A stretch of 64,000 bases of DNA, from positions 21,576,001 to 21,640,000 of the forward strand of contig NW_027266264.1 in the NCBI RefSeq assembly GCF_022045235.1, given 5' to 3'. The translations under genes were made by a program, and so were the position numbers. The notes under the pieces were generated by a model. The model had not been told where the DNA came from and ran no database searches. It saw only the letters and a program-made list of their open reading frames with translations. This DNA is from Haliotis cracherodii. Lineage: Eukaryota. Positions 62,800-64,000 of this stretch are shown here, piece by piece (positions within the stretch are counted from its first letter, which is position 1; the number at the start of each line of letters is the position of its first letter).

Positions 62800-64000
62800 A
62801 GTCGTATTTCGAGTTGAACGGGAGCATGAGGATGAAATTTATACTTACTGCTGTTCAAAGTTGAGTTTATGGAACAGTTGTGGAAAATACCCCCATGCAT
62901 GAACCTTCCCATGGAACTAGCAGGTTGTGAATACGACATATTTATGAAGGTATTGCTTGTGTTTGGAAAATCGCAAACCAATACGAACGATGTGGATTTG
63001 ACTGGTGGTGAATGAACGGATTGCTCTGAAACTTGTGTGTTTTGTGTTTAAACGATAGGGTGACTTATGTTTGGAGTTTGGGATTTGTCATGTGTGTTGT
63101 AATACTTTGCTTCCTGGTGTTTCTTGTCACCTGAGATGGACCTACTGTGTGACCTGTTGTTAGCTTCATTTATGTGCCGTGTCCTTCCTCACGTGCAACC
63201 GCTTATCGGCCTAGAATGCACGGAGAAGGTCGGCACACTCAGAAACCGGAATAGTAATCCATTCTACGGAAATATTTCTCGTCTCCGATGACCAATCTGT
63301 AATAGAGGTGGGCATGTTTTTATTTATTTATTTGGTTTCCTTTCTTTCAGTTTAATACCTTTTGTGGCCGATTAATCAGTTTTCATGAAAACTCGTCGAC
63401 AATTCGTCCACGACATTACGGGAAAACAAGTGTGAGGTTAATCAGTATGTAACAGGAAAACAGCCTTTGTCCGGTATAAATAACTGTGGACTGTTATGTC
63501 AATGTAACTAGCAGCGAAAGAAATAAGTGTTGTCTAAGCGTGTCATTAATTGTCCGATTTGCGTGGATTGATGCTCATGATGTCAATCACTGGATTGTCT
63601 GGTCCAGACTCGATAATGTACATCATATAGCTGGAATATTGCTGAGTGCGGTGTTAAACAACAAACAAACACGAACAGTGTTGTCTGAGACTATCAGAGA
63701 TCAGATTCAATCCTCATGATCACAACTATGACAATCCATCTTCAACAGCTACATGTTTTCGTATTCGAGTCTCAATCACCTTGTAAGAGAGCCAATGATG
63801 TCTGTCCCATGTGTTCCTCCACCTGATGTATCTGTATAAGCACCAACGATATCATGTCTATGCGTCCACATTCTGTGACACTGACCTAATAGTCAGCAAA
63901 GCATACACTCGAATGCAGTGACCGAAATCTCAAGATAAAGACACAGGTTGTCATTAAAGTAAACTTTATTTATACCTATCCCAGGATTTGGCAATAATAT

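Overview
Eukaryotic, AT-rich, repeat-dense animal DNA, most likely from a gastropod mollusc such as abalone. This is inferred from the (ACTC)n/(AAAC)n-tailed SINE families, the HINE-type satellite element and the temptin-domain gene. Host genes: (1) two tandem, intron-containing SLC18B1-like MFS transporter paralogs on the minus strand, one complete (13 coding exons, 50208-34540, 446 aa) and one running off the left edge (5 exons, 10435-2095); (2) a decayed plus-strand temptin-domain/copper type II (DBH-like) monooxygenase gene (about 53881/57916-60923), head-to-head with the complete transporter. The rest is mostly mobile DNA. An I-group (Nimb-like) LINE at 15467-26775 has a target-site duplication, a Gypsy LTR element inserted in its RNase H domain and an internal duplication. 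A four-level nested insertion (R4/Dong > Helentron-type satellite element > MULE > LINE) sits in one transporter intron. There are also Tc1/mariner, Penelope-like, CR1/L2 and Gypsy remnants, MITEs and four short retroelement families. The most striking signal is a compact 58-nt HDV-like self-cleaving ribozyme fold (26775-26718, minus) whose G1 is the first base of the LINE next to the TSD. A second conserved RNA structure follows it and is shared with the 5' end of an abundant non-autonomous retroelement family. All calls come from reading the sequence by eye; no searches or folding programs were run.
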